From assembly GCA_965202585.1 (NCBI GenBank), contig OZ241826.1:42470001-42534000 (forward strand): a DNA stretch of 64,000 bases, given 5' to 3'. Position 1 is the stretch's first letter; each line of letters opens with the position of its first letter. The DNA is from Thalia democratica (lineage: Eukaryota). The notes beneath the pieces were generated by a model, which was given only the letters and a program-made list of their open reading frames with translations, did no database searches and was not told the origin of the DNA. Both the position numbers and the translations under genes were made by a program. Positions 33,864 to 47,200 of the stretch are shown here, piece by piece.

Positions 33864-36800
33864 GCTCGTTGTTCTGGCGTCGTGTTCGACGGCTCTTCTC
33901 GTGGAAAGCGCAGAAAGGCTCCCGTTAAAACTCTCACTCAATTTTTAAACGATTCAATCTGAAACATTATTAGTTTTAATGTTTGGTGAGTAGCTGCGAA
34001 CAAATAACTATTGTTTAAACTAAACAAAAAACTTAATGTTTAGGGCGCAACAAACTATTTTCCGTTTAATCGGTTTACTTTCAATTTGAAAAGAGCAAGT
34101 ATAAAAGTTTTGAACTTTGTTTAGCATAGATCAATATAGACTCCTAAAATTTATAATACAAATAGTTTGATAATAACTGAAGTGCGAAAATTTATGTAGT
34201 TCATGACCACTCTAATTTAAATAAAATTATCAAAATTAAATCTACCGTAATTAAAATTACTATGGCTTAGTATTATAACATGCTTTAACAATGTAATACA
34301 GGCTTTTCGCGTAGTTTAAAAATTTTTAGGTCATTAATATTATATTGGAAAAAAAAAACTGGATTTATTTAAAAGAGAGTTTCGCAAACAAACTTGTGAA
34401 CATAAGAACCCACTGAATTTGAATTAATTCAGTTGTGAATAAATCAGACAAAAAATGATCAGATTGAAATATATTTTAATCATAAAGTTTATGACGTTAA
34501 ACTGATTTGAATGATAATTCAACCGCTCCCCTTGTATAATTACCATATGAAAATTAGTCTAAAACAAGTATCACTGAAAACTAGTATGTTATTCAAATAC
34601 TAGACCACAATAATAATTTAGTGACAATTCGACCATTTACTAAAATTATAATCAATTAAAAAACCTTTTAGTTCTTACAATTTACATTTAATACTTTTAT
34701 TTAGTACTAAAAACTTTATAGTAATCAATTTCTAACTTCTATAAACTAAACTAAAGTATTTAGAACTAATTAGTTTTTTTTACAGAAAATGTTTAAAATT
34801 TTAAAAAACTTTAAATCCAATTTTAAATAATTTTTTTTAAGGAAACTATAGTCGAGGCTTGTCTAGGCTTTTTTAAGTGGGGTGTAATATTTTTATTATT
34901 ATTAGTAGAGTAATTCATATAATAGCTTTCAGTAATATACTTTAAATAATAAAGTAAATGTCTACTACAATGCTATGGATTTGTTTGTTGAAATTTAAAT
35001 AAAAGTATTCAATTTATTTTTTGTACATATAAAAGTAAATAAAATAGTTATAAAACTAGATTGGCCAAGCAAATTTCCGTACAATGAGTCATTATAACCA
35101 GATGTTTTTAAACTGAAAGTTGTTTTTTATTCAATTACTTGCAAAAATTAAATTTATTTAGTTTATTTGCATTTGTTTTGTATTTTACTTATATCATTTT
35201 GACAAATATATCAAGGTTTAATAAAGTAAAAGGTACAAAAAATTTTAAGTAAAACTTTTTTTAGAATACATTGTTTTGTTTAACATATTTTTTACTTTCA
35301 ATCAAACTTTTTTATAGTTCTATTTGATAACTATAAATACTGCTTGGTTTAAAAAAGTCTTAGCCATTTTTTTATAATACATTCTGTGATCAAAAATTGT
35401 TGTTGTTATTATTTTATAAGAAAATAAAACATACTGAAATATAAAAATAGAAAAAATACTAAACTTATTAAGATACAATGGAAACCAACTAGCTTTTTGA
35501 CAATTATCAATTGATATTTTTACTGTTTGAATGATAAAGCTATTGAAATCACATATTTATTTCGTCTTATTGTACAAACTTGACTAACTTATTTTTCGTC
35601 GCTAGTAGATTTCAACTTTGCTGCAAAGAATAATTAAGATTTCTAAATAAATAAAACTGTTCACTTTTTGGCTTCCTTTCCAACTTCTAAGCATTGTTTG
35701 TATAAAATACTTACAACTTTAACTCACATTTTTTTTAACTAGTATAATCTTGTTTTATTTTTTATTTTTTTGCTTTTATTAAAATGGAAAATCTTGTATT
35801 TTTTGTGTCTTAAGCGAACTAAAAGGCAACACTGTGTATGAAACTAAATTCTTTAGTTGAAAAATAATCATGACATATGTTAAACAAATTGTGATAAAGT
35901 ATATACTTAAGTAAAAAAAAAAAAAGATAAATTTCAGCTTAGATCATTTACAAAAAATTTAGTTATTTTTTTTAAATAATCAACCTAGTATTTAATTTTG
36001 TAACTTTTAAGTATGTAAAGTTTGCTTATTCTATTTTATTTAAAATACCCTCTTATTTAGTTATATAACAACGATCTTTTTAGCTAGGGAATCGTATAAC
36101 AAAGTTAAGCTTTTAGCTAAAGTATTGATTCAAAAAAAAGTTTTCATCAAGTGTAAATGTACAAATAATTCGGAATTATTGCAAAAAATTGTTGATGAGA
36201 TATAGTAAAGTCATAGTAAATATTTTACAGTTTTCTAAAAAATTAGTTCAAGTGAACAGAACAAACTTTTTTAAACTAATTTAGATTTCTAATTCAATAT
36301 TGACTTTTAATAAAAGTAATAAGCCAAAAAAAAAAGTACCATCACTTTTATTAGAATTTCTAGTAAAAAAAATATAAAAACTTAGCGCCTACGCCGCATA
36401 CGCATTTTAGAAATAAATGTTTACCGGAATATTATATTAAATCCTGTTGTTTATGTTAATTTCTTCTTGTTTACATGTTGCAAGCGATTCGTTTCATTTT
36501 TGTATCGAAGTTTTCCCAGAAACTGATGTATGCAGTTTTATTAAAGAGCTGCAATGTTATACACACTAACTTGCTCAGTAAAACAATAAAAAATGCATTT
36601 TTATACTACTATTCATTACTAACTATAGTTTCGTAGAAGTATTTACTTTAAAAATTACAACTAGCCATTTAAAACCGTACATTGTATTGGTTGTTTTATT
36701 GTCGTTATTATGAAAAGAGATAATGAAAAATAAAAATTTACAGCCTATTCTAAAAATTCTTATAAGAAAAATGATTGTAGAATAGTTTAACAAGAATTTT

Positions 36801-37199
36801 TCTGTGTTAAAAATGTAAGAATTACCCAGAATTTGTTTTCGAAAACTATATTTTCTATAGAATTAAAATTAAATATTCAAAAGTTTATAAAAAGTGTGAT
36901 ACAAATCGTTGACGAGTACTTAAAAGTAACTTACATATTATTTACAAAAAATAAGGTAAAAAGTACAAATTGGTTGATAGTCGCTTAAAGTTTTACAGCC
37001 TGTTTGACAAGCAAAAAGTAATAGAATTTCTTTGTGTAAACTGTTAAACTTGTTATTACCACAGGTTTGTATAAAATCAAAATCAACAGTTTTATAAAAA
37101 CTTTAAAAATATATTTGTTGTGACAAATAGTTCTTTTGTAGAGAGTAAATCTGAAACACGACCTACTCACGCATCACAAAAATAAAAAGTTTTGAAACT

Positions 37200-39663
37200 T
37201 CAACGTTTTCGACGACTCCTCAGCATCTTGCCGCAGCACCGGACGTCGCCGAAGTAGCGGCACCAGGTCCTCTTCATCATCTGGCGAAAGTACGGCATCC
37301 GCGCCCCGTAGATGATCGAGTTCCACCACGAGTTGCTGATCAGTATCGTCATGGCAACGACCAGCCACGTCGTCTCCTGGTTGCCCCAATCGCCGCCCTT
37401 CGTCAACAATGTTGCTATGAGGGGGCAAGTCGTCATGGTGACGGCCGAAACAACATAAAAAAGCGTTTTGGCGATCCCCGTTTGCGCTGAAGAGCGCTGA
37501 AGAAACCGGCGTCTGATCGTCGATTGGCCGAAATTTCCGCTTCTTTTGAACCTCACGCTGCTGTTCAATTTCGTGGATTTTTTCGAACTTTTTGCATCAG
37601 CTGCTGGCGAATTGGTAGCAAGTGGCTTTTTGAAGCTTCCTGCTCGAGGAGTGTGCGGAAAGGAGATACATTTCCGCAAGGGGGCGTTGGTGAGGCGGTC
37701 CAGGCTCTCGAACGATCTGGTGAAGTGAGCGGAGCTTTTGCTCCAACTGTTGCTGTACATCAGCTGTTTGGTGTTAATTTGAAATGGGAACTTTTCACCT
37801 TTGCATGCAAAAAGTGGCTTAAGGCAATCTGATTTTGAAAGTCTTCTGACTCTGACGTCTACTTGCTTGTTGAGTGTTTTGTTTGACTTCAGTGATGACG
37901 TGTCAAGATCTTTTTCTGAACAAGTGTTCTCAATTTTTTTCCTCTGCATTTGTTTTGAATTCTTGACTATTTTTATTTTTTTGGAGGGAAGTTTTGGTGT
38001 CTTGTTGATTTCTTCTGAATTGTTCGGTGTGGCCGTAGAAGTTTGATTTTCGTTTTTTGACCTTCTGAGTGAACTTTTGGGAGAAAAGTTCAGTTTTTCC
38101 CTTCTTTTGTTTATGTTAATGTAAACTAAGATGCTAAACGTCCATGTAACTACAAGCGGTAATGAAAGAAGTACGGTATATCTGTTAAAATAATTTATAA
38201 TACTTGATACAATTAATATACTATCTAAGTTATTTCATTATAACATTAGGTCTATATAATTTTTACTAAACATTAGGTTGAAAATAAAAGTCTGCTAGAA
38301 ATTACTTGAGTTTGATTAATCTAAATAATGGTAATAAAAAATTGTATTATTAAAATTTTTCGATAAAAAAATTATTTGTACGAGTGTTTATAAATATGTC
38401 TATATACTAAAGTAACTTTTTAGTTTTATTTTACATTACATATACAAGTTTTACAAATCGCATTTCGTATAAAACTCTAAAACAGTCGTATACTCTAAAC
38501 TTTTATTGAATATAATATGTTAAGTAAAGCTATTATACAAAACTCTAACTTACATTAAGACAGTTTTTCGGTAATCTCCTTCGAAAACAATCATAACAAA
38601 AACATATCCAATATGTTTGTATTGGATAACATCGGGTATTACGTAAGGCAGAAGTGAAAAAACTAGTAACGTCGTCCAAATGAAAGCTATCGTCAGCAAG
38701 GACCTGGTCACACTCAACTCAGTGGTTTTGTTATTACTTGAAGCTCTGGCTCCCGATTTCCGGAATGAATTCCTAAATGTTAATTTCAGTTAGAACTAGA
38801 AACTATACTTTCACTTTTTCATTTAACTTTAAGACGCTTTTAGACTTTAACGTTTGTAGACATATGGTATCTTTTCAATTGTAAGCACTTTAACTAATTT
38901 TCGTAATAAAATTTGCTTATTCTGTGTAAGAGAGAGCTTGGTTTCTTTTGAACTATAAATTAAGATTAATTATAACAACCAGCAAAAAATCCTATTTTAT
39001 ATTTATGCAGTCTTTAACGTTATTTTTAAAAACGTGCAATAAAAAAACATTAACTTTAATTAGTCATTGAGTTTAAGAAGTTGAGCTAGCACTTTTTTTA
39101 AAGTAAAAGCATTTAAAGGTTTTTATAAAAAAAACCTGGAAATGGTTTTTTTTTATACCTGGAAATTTACAAACAAAGTAAACAAGCAACCTCGAAATGG
39201 TGACGCTGGTGAAAGGGTGCGATGAGGTGATGAACCTGTCGATGGAGGCGGCGGCAATCGTGTACAGGGAGGAGAAAATGCTCACGTGTGTCGCCACCCC
39301 GACCACCCGGATGTCCCTCCCCTCGAACATCGACGTCACGGTCAGGGGAATCACCACGACGCCCGTCAGCAGGTCGGCCGTCGCCATGGAGATGACGTAG
39401 TTGGAGTAGTTGAGCATGGTGGGATTGCGGCGGCGGGCGCGGCGGGTGGACTTGGACAGGCTGGTGGTGAGGACGGCGAGGTTGGAGGCGGTGGTGAGCA
39501 GGCAGAGGAGGGCCAGGAACAAAGTGAAAACGTGCAGGCTGCAGCGGCACCTGGTGGGAATTTGCGACCACAGGGTGGCGTTGTTGCATGAGTTGAGGAG
39601 AAAGGAAGGGCAGAAGGGCACCAGCGTCTCGTTTGCTGACGAGTTCACTTGGTTGCTGTCCAT
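37200..39663 (-). CDS. Orphan rhodopsin-family (class A) GPCR, about 557 aa, very long ICL3
   Basis: Exons 39191-39663, 38554-38772 and 37200-38181 (both introns phase 2). N-glycosylation sequons NSS/NET/NAT; TM1 SNLAV, TM2 MATADLLTG, TM3 ASIDRF, TM4 IAFIW, TM5 LSLPL, TM6 TTCP, TM7 NSWWNSIIY, helix 8 FRQMMKR. Confidence 0.9.
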
Positions 39664-42600
39664 TTTTACTGTATGATTTTCGGTTTACGAAATGCAATAA
39701 TTTTGAAATTATCTGTAAAAGATAATAAGGCCTATAGTATATTGTAGCAGATAAATGTTAGTTCTGAGCTTTTTGATAAAGTTTGTTTAAAGTTTAAACA
39801 ATCAAAACTAGTTTTTTTTTTTATCAAGTATAAATATTCCATTTTTAAGTAGTTTCAGTTAATTTACTACGAAATAAATGAAAAATACAGCGTGTAAACA
39901 ACTAAATCGATCTAGTATTTATTACGTTAACAAAAGACTTATAAATTTAATTTCTAGATCTCTATTGTGTATTAAGCTCGCTGACAACGTTGGTAAATCG
40001 ATTTTAAGTCACCATAGATCTTTGTATGGAAAAGCAATGAAATGTCTGTTTTAAAATGGAAAAAAAAAGTGAGTACAAAATGAATTATGAAATCTTAATT
40101 AGTTCATTTAATGAAACTTTTTTTTGTGCACTGTAATTTTTTTTTTTGGCAAAATTGTAAGTTTTTATCTAACTTAAGTATATATTTCGATAAATTCTGA
40201 ATAAAAAATTTTTTGTAAGAAATCCGTCTATAAAGTTCATGATACAAAGACCTTTCATAACAAAAAAAAAGTTAACAAGTAATAAACAATTATAGTTTAG
40301 TAACTAAAACTTTAACATAACTTTGTAATCATTTAAGTTATAATTTATGTTTTATAAACTGAGAAAGCAGGAGTTATTAAACTACTTCATAATTTTTAGT
40401 ATACTTATGTTGAAATTATTTATAACTACTCTATGTTTTTGATTTTTATTTTAATTTATAACAGTTAATTGTAATAAAAACTAAGATTTCGAAATAAGTT
40501 TCAATAGTTCTTTTTTTTCATATTTTTTAAAAACAAGAAGGAAAAAACCAATAGCGTAGTTTATTAATTTAAGTGTTTTTTACTCTATAAATTTAAATCT
40601 AAGTTATAAAACCTGATTATTTATAGAATTAAACTAATCTAAAACTATTTGCACCTATAAAAAACAAAAACTTAAAAAATTAATCAACTTTATAGAGTTT
40701 TTTTAACAGGTAAATCTTAACAGGGTAATATCTTCTGATACTACTCATTGTTTATTCTATTATATAGCTTAGTTCAAAAATCGACTAAACAAAACATCTT
40801 GTGCTCTTTTTCTAGAAGTAAACACATCAGCTTGATAAAAACGCTATAAAACACAAAGCTTTAAAGTGAAATTAATTTTTTTTAGTAACAACAAACATTT
40901 TTTTTCTAGATTCTGCAAAGCACTCGTACAACTCATTACTAGTAGACACCCACAGCGATGTCGGCACTTTTAAAACACGATGCCTTTCACGAGAGATTTT
41001 TTTTTCTCGCCTGTATATTTTTTTTTTGCTGTTCAGCATTGGCGCTTTTTTTGAAAGAGTTTACAGGCTAGCTAATAATTGTTCGCTTCAAAATCGATAT
41101 TCATTTTTGTTTTCATGATTTGAAAAAAATACATTCTTATTGTTTCTGTTATCTTATTTTTAAAAATGTTATGGAATTAAATGCTGTAGATTTCTTTTTT
41201 ACTTTATGAGCTTTTGTTTATAAAAAATATTTTGATCAAACTAAAAGAAAAATTATAATTAAATCAACTTGTAAATGTATAACAGTAAACCTTTTTTTAT
41301 TATAACGTTTTACTGTTTAATTATGATTTCGTTTAAGAAAAAAATAGTTTTCAAAATTATACTATTATATTCGAAAACGATTTTACTTGTTCTTTCTTTT
41401 TTACTTTTTACTTAGTAGGCTTGTATATAACCACTTAGGGATTTGGAACTAAAAGTAGTACTCATATTTTACGTCGAACAAAGTAACTTCCCAAATAATA
41501 TAATGAAAAACTTTTAAAAAAAATAAGTCTTTTAGAAGTCTAAACAATTTAAGCGCATAAACTTTTGACGCTCAGCTTACGATTGATCTTAAAAGAGAAC
41601 ATTATACGATCGCTACACAAACTAGCACAATTTCAAGCTAAGAATTTTTTATAATCTTCGTTGTTAAATAAAGTAGTAAAAGTGAAAATGAAGTTAAAAA
41701 ACACAATCTGTTTATTTAAATTTTTATAAAAGTATTTAATACTCTTTAACTTTTTAAAAATGGATCATATAGAAATATATGTTTGCGTATTAACATGTTC
41801 AAAAATTATTAAACTTAGTGTTACTTGTTCAGTGTAAAAATAAAAATATTTATTTTAGTATTGAATAAAGAATACATCTAAAAATTCCCATACTATAGTT
41901 TGAAAAAAAATTGTGTATAAAAATCTGAAAGTTTATGAAGTTTTTTTCATCATTTTCTTGAAACTTTAAAGGAAAATTTTGATAAGACTGTTTTATAAGT
42001 TGTTACCTTATTTTTGCAAAAAAAAAGATACATATGCATTAAGTTTAAAAAATAGCTGCTTTATTTTATTCAAAACACTGTTTACAGAAATCTAATTTAC
42101 ATACAGTGTCTGTTTTATCTAATATATGTGTTGCTCTATTTTCCCTACAAAGCAAAAAGCAGTGTAGACCAAATTCAAATAAAACAACGTATCATCTATT
42201 TTACATATACACATGTTATTGCATTATGAATGTTAAAAAGTAACTTTTTTTTTGTTTATTGACAAACAATTAGCCAACTATGCAGATACATTACTTACTT
42301 TTACATTTGTGACTACTAGATAATTTTGCTAAATATTAAAGCTTTCAATGCAAGTATCGAAATAAAGAATGAAACTGATTAAGTAATGACGTTTTTAATT
42401 CAACGGGAAGCTTTCACTTTGCAGACAATTTATTTATAAGATATTTTAAGCGTGGAATCGGTGCATTAATCGAATTAGTTCCGCACCCACTTTTCCCTAC
42501 ACACACTCTGCTTCTGTTTCAACTCAAACGCGAGAAAATTGTGCTTAAAGACTTTTTTGATTTCATTTATTTATAGAAACACGAGAACTAGATTTCTTAG

Positions 42601-44189
42601 CTACTTTTTCTACTAAAATAGTTTAATGCTTTTATGCATGCATGTTTTAAGTTTACTTAAAGTTTTGCAGTAGTTCTTTACTAAAATAACATTTATTTTG
42701 TGATTTGTAAACTCTACTACTATTAAAAAGCATTATTAAATTAGCTTTTTAGTTTACATTTTTGCTGTTTTGAAACTTTAAGAGCTTTAGTTCTGTTGTT
42801 AAACAAAAACAAAAAAAAAATTGATGAAGTTTCGTATAAAACATTTGCTTTTGTTTAAAAAGAAAAAAATTGTTTTTAAAAAGTTATAAATCTGAGTTTT
42901 GCATTTTAAATATAAAGCAGACTAGAGTGGTGAAAAATTAATAAAGTTTATTTTTATAGTTGACTTAATATGAGCAATTATTTATAACTCTTTTCGAGTA
43001 TATGTATACTTTTTTTGCTGTTTAAACGAACTAAAGTTTAATGAAAATTGAAATTCAACCAGAAAATTAAATTCCAACTAGTTAGCAAAAATATTTTCCT
43101 ATTATAAACTATTAGAAAAAAAGTTTGACAAATACCAATCAAAAGTATAAGAAAATAATAAAGAAATCTTTATATACTTTTAGATTTTTTTCTGGCACAA
43201 AAAATGTTCATTTACTAACGATAACTTAGATATTAGTCTGACGAGTTAAAACTAATTTTAACTTAGGAAACACTAGTAGAACAATCAGCAGAATATATTT
43301 TAAGTGAAGTATGAGTGAAAACCTTAAACAAATACTGAAAAAGTTAATTTTTTACAGCTACAGTTTTAAAACAAATTAAGATTTCTTGTAGTGCTTATAA
43401 GACTCTAATTTAGCTTAAGTAAACCACAATTTTTTTAATTCTATGAATATAGTTTTAGTCGTTTTTTAAATTTTATATGTAATTTACTGGTAACAGTTTG
43501 AGTCTTAGTTTATTTGTTAAATTAAAGAAAGTTGTAGTTTTATTAGTACGCTTAAAACGCTTTTAGATAACAGTATTAAAAACCAGTGTAATATAAAAAG
43601 TTAATCAAAGCTTTATTCAAAGATTTTTGTCAGGGTACTTTTAAATGTAACCAAAGAGTTTTCTGAATACATTTCTGTATATTCAGCAACTCCCAAAACT
43701 TTAATTGTTATATTATAAATAGGTAACTAAATAAGAAAATCTTGTTTTTTTCCTTTCATATTTTTCATTCAAACTATGAACCGCTAAATAACTAATTAAA
43801 TATGAAATTATTAGATTTTCATAAAACAAAAACTGTTTCCAACTTTTTTTAATAAATTTTCAAGTGGTTATAAAAAATTGTTTTTTTAGTTAAAGAAATC
43901 TTGTTTTTCAATCTTTATATTGTTTTACTGTTTACGTGTTTATAACATATGATATTTTATTTTTTACTGTTTTTTAAATACCAATACAGCAATCACGACT
44001 AATTAGTAAAGTTTTACGTAGTAAAAACAATCGCTTAATTTTTCTCCTTATTTTAACACCTACGCGTATATACGCACACAATTCAGTGTTTAATTTTTTA
44101 TTTGTTTAAAGCTTCTTAACTGTAAAAGTTATCCAAAACAAAACCTTTTATTTTACTTAATATTGTAAGTTATTGAACGACACAAATTA

Positions 44190-44256
44190 CGCTCCAAATA
44201 TTTGGTCCTAGGACCTGGTGCACAAAAATCTTTTTGGTTATTGAGTCGCACACCAC
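44190..44256 (+). repeat. Dispersed repeat family (CGCTCNAAATATTTGGTCC..GACCTGGTG..)
   Basis: Related copies at 31801-31890 (-), 28190-28255 (+, partial), 63621-63645 (-, partial) and 63941-64000 (+). Confidence 0.6.
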
Positions 44257-47200
44257 GGATACCTTTTGACGTCTTTTCCAGGACTAACTAACTCAATATT
44301 TAATAAAAAATGAATACACTTTTTCATAACAATTTTCTATAAGAAATTAAATACTATTTTTAAAGTAGTTACAATTTTTAAGTGATTAAAAATTTTTTTT
44401 GGATAAAAACAAAATTTAAACAACTACTTTTATCACGACTAATATTAAATTTTAGAGAACCATTATCTTTTTACTCACTATTTAATTGCTTTTTAATTCT
44501 TTTGTCTAATTAGTTAGTTGTATCTAATTTATAATATGTAGTTTAAGCTTAAAAACTGCCTAAAATTGATGGTTGTTTTTTATTCCTTGAAAAATTTGAA
44601 CAATTAGTGCTTAATTGAATTCTATTTTACATTTTAGTTTAGATTCAAATATTTGTATACTTAAAAACATGTCAGGTTAAAATTTATCTAATAATTAAAA
44701 AAATGATTTAATTTTATACCTTTTAACGCAAGTGTCTTCATACTTACTTGAACTAAAATCAGGTTACAAAAAATTTTTTATATTTTTATATATTTCTTTT
44801 TATATTTTATATTTAAAATTTTGACTGCAAATTTCCGAGTTCAAGTAAACTCGTATAAGCTTATATTTTAAACAAAAATGTTTAACAAAGTTTAATTAGT
44901 TTAAAATTTAGTACAAATAACAAACTATTTGTTTTTGTTTAGGATATGAGCTGAAATCAATCTTTCAAGTTATTTAAGGTGCCATTTTTAGCTAACTTGA
45001 AAAAAAAAATTAGTATTTGCTATATATTGAATAGTTTTAGCTATTATCAATAAATTAAAAAATAATAAATTTTAAAATATAGTGACTTAGAAAGAAAGCT
45101 TTAGTTTTAAACAAAATTTTTTGAATAATAAGTATGTATAAATCAAGTTGTCAATTTACTTTTAATATTTTTAAAGGCATAAATTGATTCCTATAAAACA
45201 GAACTAATTATTTTTTTAGTTTGAGTACTACCCTTAACTACTAGCGTTAAGGAATACATATTTTTTCATTTCATTTGTTTTCGACATTATAGTGATTTTT
45301 TTTTTTTCACAGACAATTTAAACAACAATAATCTTATGAAAAAACTTAAAGTACCTATACTTATATAATATTAATGTTATTTATGAATAAATGAAACTTA
45401 ACAGAGAGAAACTGTTCTTCCAATAACTTTAAATCTACTAAAACTTACAAAAGTTTAATAAAAGTAAAAAATGTGACGCAAATATATAACCTGATGCCTA
45501 CGTTTGACGTTTACATTTTTTAGAAATATCAATGACGTGCTAGGCGCTGCTATTTTTGTTTATACTCAGAAATTTTGTTTAAAGGCCGAAGTGTATTATT
45601 ATAATAAACTATAACTTAGTTAAGCTAGCTTGAAAGTTTTTTGACGTATAATACAAGCGTATATTTTTATGAGAAAAAAAATATAGCTCGACATAATTTT
45701 TTGTGAATTGATTTTTTTTTGTTGCACCTTAAAGCTTGCTTATTAAACTTGTATAAATATAATTTCTTAACGTTACAACTTATAAAAGAAACAGTTCCAA
45801 AATAAAATCATTTTGTGTTAACATTCATGCTGTAAACAATTTGCAAACTATCAAAACTTTCTGCAATGAAAACAAAACAATACATGTATAAAAAGTAATG
45901 TGTACAAAGGAGAAAACGTTGGAATTAACTATTTAGTAAAGAAAAAAAATATTCGAAAATAGATTTAATGCTAAGAACGGAAATTGAAAGTCGAAGTTGA
46001 GTATTACTTTATCAACAGAAAAATCAATTTTTACAGTAAAACTTGTTTTATGTACACGATGAAAAAATCTACAGATTTTTCTAAAGCTCTTTAAACAAAT
46101 TAAGTACTAAGTTTCTAATTACATTAAGGCAAAGTTAACGCAACTTAAAATAAAACTGCAACAATCTAATATAAATAAATTTTGTTGGTGTCCTTTATAG
46201 AGCTAATTCTAATTTACGAGTAACATTAAGTAACTACAAATTTAAAAAATCAGGTGTGTGATAGAGACATTTTGTGCAAAGCATAATATTTCATTGGAAT
46301 AACTAAATTGAAAATTATAGAAGAATTTGTTTTTTACTCACGTCAATTATTTAGTATTTTAAACCTATAATAATAAGAAAATCGACAATATCTGTAAAAA
46401 GAATCACTGTATAGTTTTTGTTAACATAACTATTAAACTTTGGAAAACTTTTCTTAGTACTTAAGAAAAAAAGTTTGAGTTCAATTTAATTTTAGCTGAT
46501 TACAGTTAGTATTTATTTTGATATATTGAAACTTATGTTTATCCAGTTTATATTTACTGGAAGTTTATATATCAGTGTTTAATATAAGTAACTCTAGCTG
46601 CAAAATTTTATAATCTATACTGTTGTTTAAAACAAATTTTTAATATAGAATATGTTTAACAATTTAACTTACACTCATAATGATCAGCTATTTTAGAATT
46701 CAAAGTTCAAACTTATGTTTGATCTTTTATAGTTTGTGAAGTGGAGTTATCGGGATTCAAATAGCTTACATGAGAAAGTACCGAAGAAAGTCTTTTTTTT
46801 TAATACTTTTACTGTATATAATCGTTTGACTACTTCATAAAATTTATCAAGTGGCATTTAATCTATCCTATCTGATTAAATATAATTTTATTTAGCTACA
46901 TTTGTTAATAAATAAGTTGGCTTATCGTAGGTAAAAACATTCGTCAGTTAAAAAGAAAAATGTAAACGAATTTCGTTGATACATTAAATTAAATGGTGCT
47001 TTATAATGTCAATGTGCTTAATTTAATAAAATACGTATTTGAAAATGGTTACACGAGTTTCTACGTCATTTGGACAACTGTTATATAAAACCAACTTAAC
47101 TAAAAGATATTCAAACACATGACAAGTATATATTACATTTTGCAACATGAAATAAACATTAGATAGGTTAAAAACATTGTCATGAAACATGTATGGTTTT

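Noticed and set aside
37174-39697. Additional ORFs overlapping the GPCR on both strands
   Set aside because: Alternative-frame or antisense shadows of the GPCR exons.
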